The translations under genes and the position numbers were made by a program. Positions 39,055 to 47,137 of a stretch of 64,000 nt of DNA are shown here, one piece after another (position 1 is the first letter of the stretch; every line of letters starts with the position of its first letter). Source of the stretch: Candidatus Hecatella orcuttiae (GTDB lineage: Archaea > Thermoproteota > Bathyarchaeia > Hecatellales > Hecatellaceae). The notes beneath the pieces are model-generated. The model worked only from the letters and a program-made list of their open reading frames with translations. It did no database searches and was not told the origin of the DNA. The DNA is taken from positions 288,001 to 352,000 of the forward strand of contig MTLY02000002.1 in NCBI GenBank assembly GCA_002011035.2, in the 5' to 3' direction.

Positions 39055-39348
39055 TTGAAAATATCTGAGCTGCATGTGGGCATGAGGTCCGTGAACATTC
39101 AAGGTAAAGTCTTGGAGATATCGGAGCCTAGGACGGTGATTTCGAGGATAACCAACAGGCCCAACCGCGTCGCCACAGCGGTTTTGGCAGACGAGTCAGG
39201 GAAGATCAACTTGGCTCTCTGGAATGAACAGATAGACTCTGTTAAACTTGAAGACGACGTTCAGATTGAAAACGGCTACGTCTCCGAATTTCGGGGAATA
39301 AAGCAGCTTAACATAGGGCGCTATGGAAGCCTTAAGGTTTTGCCTTAA
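39055..39348 (+). CDS. ssb: Single-OB single-stranded DNA-binding protein (crenarchaeal SSB type, no acidic tail)
   Basis: KISEL, DESG.I.L.LW, IENGY..EF.G..QLNIGRYG; SD GGGGGTGA before TTG. Confidence 0.9.
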   Translation: MKISELHVGMRSVNIQGKVLEISEPRTVISRITNRPNRVATAVLADESGKINLALWNEQIDSVKLEDDVQIENGYVSEFRGIKQLNIGRYGSLKVLP

Positions 39349-39394
39349 TATTTCCTGAAAACTGTTCACACTCATCAGCAGGAGGGAAAAATGT

Positions 39395-39625
39395 ATGGGT
39401 TATGAAAGAAGGTCGACCTACTCGGGTCGAGGCTTTAGGCCCTACCCTGTCGAAGTTGGCAAGGAATACGATGTGGACATCATGGAAACCAGCCGACGGG
39501 GAGAGGGAATAGCCCGAATCCAAGGCTTCGTGGTGTTCGTTCCTGAAACGAAGCCCGGTGACCACGTCAAGATCAAGGTGACCCGAATAGGTCGAAGATG
39601 CGCAAACGCCGAAGTAGTAGGATGA
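39395..39625 (+). CDS. Stand-alone TRAM-domain RNA-binding protein
   Basis: PVEVG.EYDV.I....RRGEGIAR..GFVVFVP. Confidence 0.92.
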   Translation: MGYERRSTYSGRGFRPYPVEVGKEYDVDIMETSRRGEGIARIQGFVVFVPETKPGDHVKIKVTRIGRRCANAEVVG

Positions 39626-39722
39626 AAATCAGCGTCCACGAAACTCGGCTTGAGATTTTCCGCAGCCGTAAAGGCTTGCAGTAGATGAGAGGCTTCATCC
39701 TAAGGTTCCAGGTTAGTTAGGC

Positions 39723-40391
39723 TTGGACACCTCCAAGATCGAAAAGAGGCCTCTTCCGGAACACCATCGAGGCTTCAACCTCTCTAAAGCTCGGAAAATT
39801 CAAGAAACCTTAGCAAAACGGGTGGAAATCAGACCTCTCCCTCTCACGGAGGTGAAACTGGTGGGGGGAGTGGACGTGTCCTACATGGAAGACCGCGCCA
39901 AAGCCGCTGCGGTGGTTTTAGATTTTCAGACCATGGAACAGAGGGAGGCTAAAATTTCATGGACTCGGGTGGCGTTTCCTTACATTCCAACCTTCCTAGC
40001 TTTCAGGGAGGCTCCACCTATTGTTCAGGCCGTGCAAAAGCTTGAAAACCGCCCCCATCTTCTGCTGGTGGACGGTCATGGTGTTGCTCATCCTTTGGGC
40101 TGCGGGCTGGCTTCTCACGTGGGTGTTCTTCTGAAAATTCCCACGGTCGGAGTGGCCAAAAGGCTGCTATGCGGGGAAGTTGGAGAATTTGAGGGGAGGC
40201 GGGCGCCGATTTTTTTAGGCGGGAAAATTGTGGGTATGGCTTTGGCTCCTAAGCCGGGAAAAAAGCTCCTCTACGTTAGTGTGGGAAACCTGATAACGTT
40301 GGACGAAGCGGTGGATGCTGTTTTCCGATGTATCAGGGAGCACGTTCAACCGGAACCCTTGAAGATAGCTCACCAGCTATCTCGGGTCTGA
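39723..40391 (+). CDS. nfi: Endonuclease V
   Basis: GGVDVSY, FPYIPTFLAFRE, VDGHG.AHP...GLASH, GVAK, PEP...AH. Confidence 0.95.
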   Translation: MDTSKIEKRPLPEHHRGFNLSKARKIQETLAKRVEIRPLPLTEVKLVGGVDVSYMEDRAKAAAVVLDFQTMEQREAKISWTRVAFPYIPTFLAFREAPPIVQAVQKLENRPHLLLVDGHGVAHPLGCGLASHVGVLLKIPTVGVAKRLLCGEVGEFEGRRAPIFLGGKIVGMALAPKPGKKLLYVSVGNLITLDEAVDAVFRCIREHVQPEPLKIAHQLSRV

Positions 40392-40453
40392 AAAATCGTT
40401 CTTATTAATATTTATAGGTAGGTACCTCTTAAGGAGTTGAAAAGGGTTGAACT

Positions 40454-41155
40454 TTGATCGAGCCCCGGCAGTGGTTTCTCCTGTTAAAGCTGGCGGAACT
40501 GGGAGGTCTTAAAAGGCAGATTTTCACCACAACCAGCAGCCTTGCCAAAGAGCTCCTTTGCTCCCAGCAGACGGCTTCTAGGTGGTTGAGGGAACTCTCT
40601 CAAAAAGGTCTGATTGAAAGGAAAATCAACCTTCGAGGAGAGTATTTGAGTCTTACAAAAAAGGGAAGAGACGAGTTGATGGCTGTTCATGCAGCCCTAG
40701 CCGCCTTGCTAAGGCCTTCCAAGGTGGAGGCCCTCCGTTTGGCTGGTAGAATTTTCACCGGCATCGGCGAGGGAGCCTACTACATTACCAGAAATGGTTA
40801 TGAAAAGCAGTTCATCGCCAAACTGGGCTATAAGCCGTATCCCGGAACCGTCAACCTGCGGCTTTCAGGAAGCCACGACTTGGCTGTCAGAAGGGAGATA
40901 GAAGTTCTCCCTAGCATTCTTATTGAAGGTTTCAGCAACGGTGTCCGAACTTATGGGACCTTAAGGTGCATACCCGTCTTGGTCGACGGCAAAATTAAAG
41001 GCCACGTAATCCTCATCCAGAGGACCCATTATGATAATTCCGTGGTGGAGGTCATCGCCCCCATATGCATCCGAGAAGCCTTAAAGCTTAAAGACGGCGA
41101 CCTAGTCCGGCTGGAAATTCCGCTTCCCCAGCTTCAGCCTGCGCTCCGAAGCTGA
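40454..41155 (+). CDS. ribK: CTP-dependent riboflavin kinase with N-terminal wHTH (RbkR type)
   Basis: SQQTASR HTH; G.GEG.YY, PYPGT.N, RTHY. Confidence 0.93.
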   Translation: MIEPRQWFLLLKLAELGGLKRQIFTTTSSLAKELLCSQQTASRWLRELSQKGLIERKINLRGEYLSLTKKGRDELMAVHAALAALLRPSKVEALRLAGRIFTGIGEGAYYITRNGYEKQFIAKLGYKPYPGTVNLRLSGSHDLAVRREIEVLPSILIEGFSNGVRTYGTLRCIPVLVDGKIKGHVILIQRTHYDNSVVEVIAPICIREALKLKDGDLVRLEIPLPQLQPALRS

Positions 41156-41233
41156 AACAATCCTCTTTAAGGCTTATATAAGCTTCCCTGCTCAAAACCA
41201 GTAGGTTGGTTCAGCTTTGGGAGGACGTCAACC

Positions 41234-41428
41234 CTGCCTAAAGAGATAAAGGACGTGGAGGAGTTCCTGAAGCTTTCAGCCAAAGCTGAAGTCTGCTTCC
41301 TCAAGAGGTCTGAAGATGGAGTGAAGCTCAAACTTCGAACCTCCAAGTATCTCTACACTCTCAAAACGGATGAAAAGCACGTGGAAGAAGTGAAAAAGAA
41401 AATAAAATGCCGTGTAGAGGAAATTTAA
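41234..41428 (+). CDS. rpl38e: Ribosomal protein eL38 (L38e), CTG start
   Basis: (M)PKEIKDVEEFL...VKLKLRTSKYLYTL matches eL38; SD GGGAGG; absent from the ORF track because there is no upstream in-frame ATG/GTG/TTG near the start. Confidence 0.92.
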   Translation: MPKEIKDVEEFLKLSAKAEVCFLKRSEDGVKLKLRTSKYLYTLKTDEKHVEEVKKKIKCRVEEI

Positions 41429-41477
41429 ACAAAAAGTCAGCCCGCCGAATGTTTCCTCCGAGAGGGTGGAAAGGGGA

Positions 41478-41771
41478 ATGAAGGTTAAAGTCGAATTCGT
41501 AGGATTCCTGAAGAACTTAGCAGGCCTTCAGCAGACAGAGCTCAGCCTCGACCGGGAGTCGTGTCAAAAACTTTCCTTGCTCATAGACCTTCTGGAGAAA
41601 AAGTTTGGAAAAAACTTGGGCGTAAACTTGGTGGAAAGAAGACCCGACGGAGTAAGGCTTCTCCCCTTAGTTCTGAAGAACGGTGTAGAGGTAAGCGCCC
41701 TCCAAGGATTAAACACGCCGGTGGAGGAGGGGGACTCCTTGGTTTTCGTGCCCGTTTCCCATGGAGGATAA
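41478..41771 (+). CDS. MoaD/ThiS/SAMP ubiquitin-like sulfur carrier
   Basis: Beta-grasp pattern; C-terminal VPVSHGG. Confidence 0.9.
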   Translation: MKVKVEFVGFLKNLAGLQQTELSLDRESCQKLSLLIDLLEKKFGKNLGVNLVERRPDGVRLLPLVLKNGVEVSALQGLNTPVEEGDSLVFVPVSHGG

Positions 41772-41924
41772 AAATTCAGAGATACCCTCCTCCACCGGAA
41801 TGTTTCCCACCAACCATCCCTAAGTGGTGTTTCTTTTCCGATGCGGAATGCGGCTGGGGGAGGATTTAAAATTCAAGCTTTCTCATATATTCGGTAAACC
41901 CCATGCTTCCCCATCAGAGGCAAG

Positions 41925-42114
41925 TTCTGCCTAAGGAGTTGGAGGAGCCTCCGCTGCTATGATGAACCAATAAGCCGGACAGAAGGCTTGAATAGACGGC
42001 GGAGGAGACCTACCCTAACCTCCAACTCGGGTAGAAGGACTGCAGGCGGGCTGTTGGGCGGAGAAACGTCAAGGCCTCTTTTGGCGAGGCGTCTGACTGC
42101 CTCCAGTTCGTCTG
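41925..42114 (+). ncRNA. Putative structured ncRNA (two long hairpins, K-turn), family unrecognised
   Basis: Stems 41936-45/42019-28, 41948-56/41997-42005, 42043-53/42104-14, with several G-U pairs that work only on the + strand; K-turn CTAT-GAT-GA/GA-ATAG; TATA-like boxes upstream; lies between convergent genes. Confidence 0.65.
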
Positions 42115-42126
42115 GAAAAGGCAGCC

Positions 42127-42945
42127 TTATCCCAGCTTGTAAGAAAGGATGAGGATCGCTGAGAACACGGCCAAAAACATGGACTCCCTCAGCCCAACCC
42201 TGAGGACGGCGGAGGTGTAAGTTTTTCTTCTCCCAACTCTCACCAACCTCGCCGAGAAAACCGAAAAAGCCAAAATCGTAAAGGGGGGAATGAGACGTGC
42301 TGCTGTCAGAAAGCCTGCTACTCCCAAGGAAAGGACATGTTGCAAGATCGAAAGCCAGTAGGCGGTCATCCTTTTTGGCTTGGACTTCGCTGAATCTGTT
42401 TTGAGCTCAGCAAATTCTACCTTCATTTCCGACAATAAAGTTCGGATGTAACTGTTGGTTGGAAAGTGGTAGAGGAGAAGAGTCAGCCACAGCATCCAAG
42501 CGGTTAAGTCGAAGCTGCCGGTCATGATGTAGTAGCCGGCGGGCGCTGCCAGTGTTAAACCTGCGATTCCAAGGTACTCTCCCCCCACACGAGACCCAAA
42601 CCTGTACTGAGCTAGGGGAGGAAGGATGACTAGGAGGAAGGCAACTCCGCCCAAGGGTATGAGAAACACCAAGCTGTACAAATGCACCAGCATGGCTAGG
42701 GTTAAAACTGAGACTCCTGAAACCACGGTAAACCAGCGGAAGGAGCCTCGCGTCCCCTCGGGCCTCACCCAGTCTTCGAACAGACGCTCAGCCACCAGGG
42801 CCAGAAAAGTTCCTGCGAAAAACAGTAGTAGCTTTCCCAAGTCAAAAAATTGACTGATCCCAACCCCGGTGAGGGAGGTGATAAGCCAGATTACCACAAT
42901 CCCTCTTTGGGTGGGTCTGATCCTCCGCCAAAAGGCCGGACTCAT
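42127..42945 (-). CDS. YwiC-like (UbiA superfamily) membrane protein
   Basis: P.Q.G N-terminal motif, RS..GE..G, VGL.E C-terminal motif; multi-TM. Confidence 0.7.
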   Translation of the reverse strand: MSPAFWRRIRPTQRGIVVIWLITSLTGVGISQFFDLGKLLLFFAGTFLALVAERLFEDWVRPEGTRGSFRWFTVVSGVSVLTLAMLVHLYSLVFLIPLGGVAFLLVILPPLAQYRFGSRVGGEYLGIAGLTLAAPAGYYIMTGSFDLTAWMLWLTLLLYHFPTNSYIRTLLSEMKVEFAELKTDSAKSKPKRMTAYWLSILQHVLSLGVAGFLTAARLIPPFTILAFSVFSARLVRVGRRKTYTSAVLRVGLRESMFLAVFSAILILSYKLG

Positions 42946-43111
42946 GGTTATGGCTTGTTAAGATTTTAAAGTAAGCTTTATCCTTTTGAGGATAAGAGGA
43001 CGTATTTTTCGATGAAAAAGCATCCCTTATAGGAGTTAATCTTGGGGCTGATTACTATAATTTTTTATATATTTACTATTTATTATAGAAAACTCTTGAG
43101 GGTAGGTTCAA

Positions 43112-43537
43112 ATGTCGGAGGAGGAAATACGCAGGGTAATGGAGGAGATTCTCCAAGGCTGTAAGGTTTGCACCCTAGCCACCGAAAGCGGTGGAAAACC
43201 TTGGGCTACAACCATGTTCTTCGCGGTGAAGGGGACGAATTTTTACTGCATAGTTGAAAATCGCGGCCACGGTATGGCGAATCTTAAAAAGAACCCTCAC
43301 GTGGCGTTGGCTATAGACAACAGAGTTCCGGATAGGTTTGTTCAAGCGGCAGGTACAGCTGAGGTGGTGGAAGGCGAGGAGGAAGCAGAAGGGAGAAAGC
43401 TTGTGCTGGACAGGGTGCCCGAGTATCGGCCTTTCTTCGAAATGGTCACCACCTCGCTGGTTAGAATAGTTCCGAAGGAAATCCATGTCACCGACGTTCC
43501 CCGAGGATGGTTTCCCGCGAAAGTCCTGAGGCTTTAG
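43112..43537 (+). CDS. Pyridoxamine 5'-phosphate oxidase-like (split-barrel flavin-binding) protein
   Basis: TLAT..G.P, NLKKNPHVAL.I, VQ..G.A. Confidence 0.85.
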   Translation: MSEEEIRRVMEEILQGCKVCTLATESGGKPWATTMFFAVKGTNFYCIVENRGHGMANLKKNPHVALAIDNRVPDRFVQAAGTAEVVEGEEEAEGRKLVLDRVPEYRPFFEMVTTSLVRIVPKEIHVTDVPRGWFPAKVLRL

Positions 43538-43564
43538 ATCAGAAGGCCGGAAGACTCGCCGAAT

Positions 43565-43843
43565 TTACTGGGAGAACCGCTGTTTTCCACGCTTTTCCTC
43601 TCCCAGAGAAAGCTCATACCAGAAGAGGGCGTGGAAGAATCTTCGGAAAAAAATCAGGATCACCGCCAAGGTGAAGAGAACCCCTAACCATACGAGGATG
43701 TCGGAGGTTAAGGCTCCCAGCTCTCCGGAGGTCCATGTCTTCACCAGAGGCATGTAGAGCTCAGCCAGCAGCCAAGCTGCCTCCAAGCATAGAACCCAGA
43801 ATAGGACCACGGCCGCATACAGTTTCCAGAATTTCCCCAGCAA
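43565..43843 (-). CDS. Small 2-TM membrane protein
   Basis: Two hydrophobic helices; 2 bp after the preceding stop in the operon. Confidence 0.65.
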   Translation of the reverse strand: MLGKFWKLYAAVVLFWVLCLEAAWLLAELYMPLVKTWTSGELGALTSDILVWLGVLFTLAVILIFFRRFFHALFWYELSLGEEKRGKQRFSQ

Positions 43844-43845
43844 GT

Positions 43846-44844
43846 CTAACCCCCCAACATGAAAAGGGCGGTTGCCAAGGCGAGAGCTCCTGTGAGCAGG
43901 TTTAAAGCCATGAACCCCCTTACAACTTCTTCCTCCCTCAGAGGCTGAGAAGCCACCATCAGCCTAGTCAAGGTTACCGGAGCCTGCCTGCTGGGGCTGG
44001 CTGCGATCCGAGGGCCCGCCACTAGAAGGGTGGGGCGCTCTTTTATCCCCCGACGCTCCACCAGCCTCCCCAAGCTGGAGAGAATGAGGGAGCCGTTGAT
44101 GAGAGCTGGGAGGAGGACGATGAGGGTTAAAACCTCCAAGCGGCCGATGATGGCTGCCGCGGCGAAGGCAGCCCCCACTGCTAGGCTTCCTCCATCTCCG
44201 GGGAAAACCTCAGCTGGGTAGCGGTTATGCCGGTAGAAGCCGTAGGTGCAGGCTGCGAGAAGACCGAGGAGGAAGGCTGTTTCCCACTGGCTGAAAAGCA
44301 CGGCGATGAGGGTGAGGAAGAGGGCGGAGATGGTGGAGGTTCCTGCCATCGACCCGTTTAGGACGTCCAGCATGTTCACCGAGTTCGCCAGCACCGTGAC
44401 CAGCAGAGGCATGAAAATGAAAGGATAGATGAGGGTAAGCCTTAACCCGCCCACAAAGGGAAGCACCGGGTAGGGCGTGTACATTCCCAGAATCAGGAGG
44501 GGAAGCGCGGCCAAGGTCACAGCAGCCACCTTCTCCAAGGGGCTCAAAGGCCTCAGCCAGTCGTCCACAACGCCCACCACCGCAGCCACGACCACCGTAG
44601 AAAGAAAGGCCGCCGCGGTCAGGCTGAACTCAGGGTTGAGGGCTGTGAAAAAACCCATGCCCACCGCCAAGCCGACGACGATGGTCACCCCGCCCATCTC
44701 AGGGATAAGCGGCCTGTCCGGCTTGTGGACATCCCTGCCGCAGATGCCCTTCCTCAACATGAGGCGGGCCCAAGGCTCGGTCAGCCTTTCCACAGCCAGA
44801 AAACCTAGGAGGAGGCTGAGGGCTGCCGTGAACGCGGGAAGCAC
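43846..44844 (-). CDS. aglH: Polyprenyl-phosphate GlcNAc-1-phosphate transferase (AglH/GPT, MraY family)
   Basis: DVHK...PEMGG, GVVDD, N.VNMLD..NG, YPA.VFPGD. Confidence 0.9.
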   Translation of the reverse strand: MLPAFTAALSLLLGFLAVERLTEPWARLMLRKGICGRDVHKPDRPLIPEMGGVTIVVGLAVGMGFFTALNPEFSLTAAAFLSTVVVAAVVGVVDDWLRPLSPLEKVAAVTLAALPLLILGMYTPYPVLPFVGGLRLTLIYPFIFMPLLVTVLANSVNMLDVLNGSMAGTSTISALFLTLIAVLFSQWETAFLLGLLAACTYGFYRHNRYPAEVFPGDGGSLAVGAAFAAAAIIGRLEVLTLIVLLPALINGSLILSSLGRLVERRGIKERPTLLVAGPRIAASPSRQAPVTLTRLMVASQPLREEEVVRGFMALNLLTGALALATALFMLGG

Positions 44845-44887
44845 CGGGAAGCTTATGGTTTTTTTCCTCCGACGTTTTCGAAGCCGG

Positions 44888-45997
44888 TTAGGCTAAAATT
44901 CTAGGGCCTATGAGGCTTATGCCTACTTCCTTGTGGGGGCAGATGGAAACCTTTCTAACCAATTTCAGGGCGTCGGCTACAAAAGCGTGGTCTCCGATGA
45001 CGGTTTGGTCTCGGATTTTAACTCCTCTCCCTATCACGGCTCCTTCCCCCACAACCGAATCTTGTATAAGGCTGCGGGCTCCTACTTCAGCCCTGTCGAA
45101 GACGACGGCTTTCTTTATTTTGCATCTTTCCCCCACGTGTACACCGTTGCCTAGGACCGCATAGGGGCCTACCACCGCTCCGGCTGCTATTTTCGCTTTC
45201 TCCCCAACCCAGACAGGGGGGCGAAGCTGTGCTTCCCGAGCCACTTTGGCGCCTCTGCCGATCTCCAGTCTACCTTCAGCTCTAAGCTCCAAGACCTTGA
45301 AGTTAACCGCCATAAAGTCCTCGATCTTACCTATGTCGCTCCAGAGGCCTTCATGCTTGAATCCGTAGAGTTTTCCCTCCTCAGCCAGCCGGGGGAACAG
45401 TTCTCTTTCTAGAGAGAATCTCCTCTCCTCCAGCCTCCGGAAGATCTTGCGGTCTGTAAGGTAGATTCCAGCGTTTATCAGCCCCTTTCTCTTTCCCCCG
45501 CGAGGTTTTTCCCTAAACTTCAAGATTCTCCCCTTTCCATCTACTTCCACAACTCCATAGCGGCTGACGTCTTTCACCTCTCGAAGCGTCAGAGTCATTA
45601 CAGCGTCATACTCTTCCATGTGGCGGCGGTGTGCCTCCCTCAGAGCTGCAAAATCCACATCAGACCAGATGTCGCCGTTGAGGATGAGCAAGGGCTCCCC
45701 CGGCTTGAGTTTTAAGATTTTTTCCGCCAGCTTTATGGGGCCGCCTGTGCCGAGGGCTCTCGGCTCCTTGGAGTACAAAATCCTCAAACCGTACTTGCGC
45801 CTACCGAGGAAAGCCTGTAAGGCTGCGGCCATGTAGTTCACGGCCAAGACGACTTCGGAAACCCCTGCCTTAGAAAGGTTTTCCAGCGTCCAGTCGAGGG
45901 CGGGGCGGTTGAGGATGGGAAACAAAAGTTTAGGCCTAGTGCAGCTTAAAGGCCTCAGCCTGGTTCCCGGGCCTCCTGCGAGGATTATCGCCTTCAT
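44888..45997 (-). CDS. NDP-sugar synthase (sugar-1-phosphate nucleotidyltransferase + LbH)
   Basis: LAGG.GTRLRPL...PK, LGTGG, NGD, EKP, INAGIY, W.DIG. Confidence 0.93.
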   Translation of the reverse strand: MKAIILAGGPGTRLRPLSCTRPKLLFPILNRPALDWTLENLSKAGVSEVVLAVNYMAAALQAFLGRRKYGLRILYSKEPRALGTGGPIKLAEKILKLKPGEPLLILNGDIWSDVDFAALREAHRRHMEEYDAVMTLTLREVKDVSRYGVVEVDGKGRILKFREKPRGGKRKGLINAGIYLTDRKIFRRLEERRFSLERELFPRLAEEGKLYGFKHEGLWSDIGKIEDFMAVNFKVLELRAEGRLEIGRGAKVAREAQLRPPVWVGEKAKIAAGAVVGPYAVLGNGVHVGERCKIKKAVVFDRAEVGARSLIQDSVVGEGAVIGRGVKIRDQTVIGDHAFVADALKLVRKVSICPHKEVGISLIGPRILA

Positions 45998-46030
45998 GGC
46001 TTGACACCTGAGGTTGAGTTGGGCTGGCTG

Positions 46031-47137
46031 TTAGGTTTCCAGATACTGGTTTACATCCTTCCAGTCCAACCTGTCAGTGGACAATATGTTATGGAGGAAG
46101 TTTATGAGTTTTCGCCGCACTTCAAAGCTGAGGGTCGGATACCATTTAGGGCTTGCCAAAACCAACGCCCTCCAAGCGTAGAAAGGCTGAACGACCTCCA
46201 ACAGCTCCTCGTCTCCTGTCTTGTCGAGGTAGTTTTTCATGAAGGCTTCGAACAGTTTCTGGAAGGGCCCTGCTAGTTTTCCGTGGGATTGAAGGGAGTA
46301 GAAGATGTAGTTCACCGTCATGCAGGACACGTCGTCGCCGGCTTCCCCCCACTCCCCCCGGCTTCGATCTAGCACCGTGAAGTCTACACCTTCCCTGAAG
46401 AGGACGTTCCAGGGGTGGAAGTCTCCGTGCACTTGGCAGAGGCGGTGAACTCGGTCTTTGAGTTTCCACCTCCAGTCCACGCATGTTTTCTCTATTCGGT
46501 GAAGCTCCTCGCGGCTGATGAACCTCTCCTCCGGAGGGTAGTTGTCGATGAGGCCCATGATGCATTCCCCATGCCCTAGGAGGTCGCGGATCCTCCGCGT
46601 GTAAAGGCTGGGCATATCGTTTTTCCTGAAGGAGTGAATTTTCACCAGATAGTCGGAGAGAGCCAGACAGCGGTCCAAGTCCAGCGGGCGGAGGTTCCCC
46701 CTGCTGGAAACCTCGTCCAAGTCCCAGTGATACTCCTTTCCCTCCACTTTTTCCAAGAGGATGAAGAATTCGCCGCAGGAGCCTAGGGAAGCCATGGTGC
46801 CGTCTTCCCGCACAGCGCCTAGGTCAAGGGATTTAACATGCCCCTCCAGCCTGTTGTAGGTTTTATGAGCTAGGATGAGGTTCTGAGCCCTGTCGCTGAG
46901 GTACTCGTGGCCGAAGCTGTCCTGCCTCATGGTCTGAAGCACGACGCTGCGTTTTTCCCCACGGACTTGAAACTCGATGAGATAGGATTTCCCGTAGCCG
47001 AAACCCTTGAGCTCCAAGAAGGGCTCGGAAACTTTAGCCCTTTCCACCCCCAGTTCTTCCACGTGGGTTATTCTGGCTTCTCCTCGGTAAAGGGAGGCCA
47101 AGTAGTTTTGGAGTTCAGCTAAACTGAGGCTTGTCAT
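46031..47137 (-). CDS. APH/choline-kinase-like phosphotransferase
   Basis: KGFGYG loop, HGDFHPWN, LDRSRG. Confidence 0.85.
   Translation of the reverse strand: MTSLSLAELQNYLASLYRGEARITHVEELGVERAKVSEPFLELKGFGYGKSYLIEFQVRGEKRSVVLQTMRQDSFGHEYLSDRAQNLILAHKTYNRLEGHVKSLDLGAVREDGTMASLGSCGEFFILLEKVEGKEYHWDLDEVSSRGNLRPLDLDRCLALSDYLVKIHSFRKNDMPSLYTRRIRDLLGHGECIMGLIDNYPPEERFISREELHRIEKTCVDWRWKLKDRVHRLCQVHGDFHPWNVLFREGVDFTVLDRSRGEWGEAGDDVSCMTVNYIFYSLQSHGKLAGPFQKLFEAFMKNYLDKTGDEELLEVVQPFYAWRALVLASPKWYPTLSFEVRRKLINFLHNILSTDRLDWKDVNQYLET

Noticed and set aside
39626-39722. Small hairpins after the TRAM gene as a ribozyme or sRNA
   Set aside because: No hammerhead or C/D core; compatible with ordinary terminator structure
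42006-42022. CCTACCCTAACC loop resembling a telomerase RNA template (TTAGGG/TTAGG)
   Set aside because: Short match expected by chance; no reverse transcriptase or telomeric repeats in the window; the locus has an ordinary archaeal oriC
41925-42114. Identification as SRP RNA, RNase P RNA or a canonical H/ACA RNA
   Set aside because: No SRP domain IV motif, no GAGGAAAGUCC P4 strand, and the pocket-to-ANA distance does not fit
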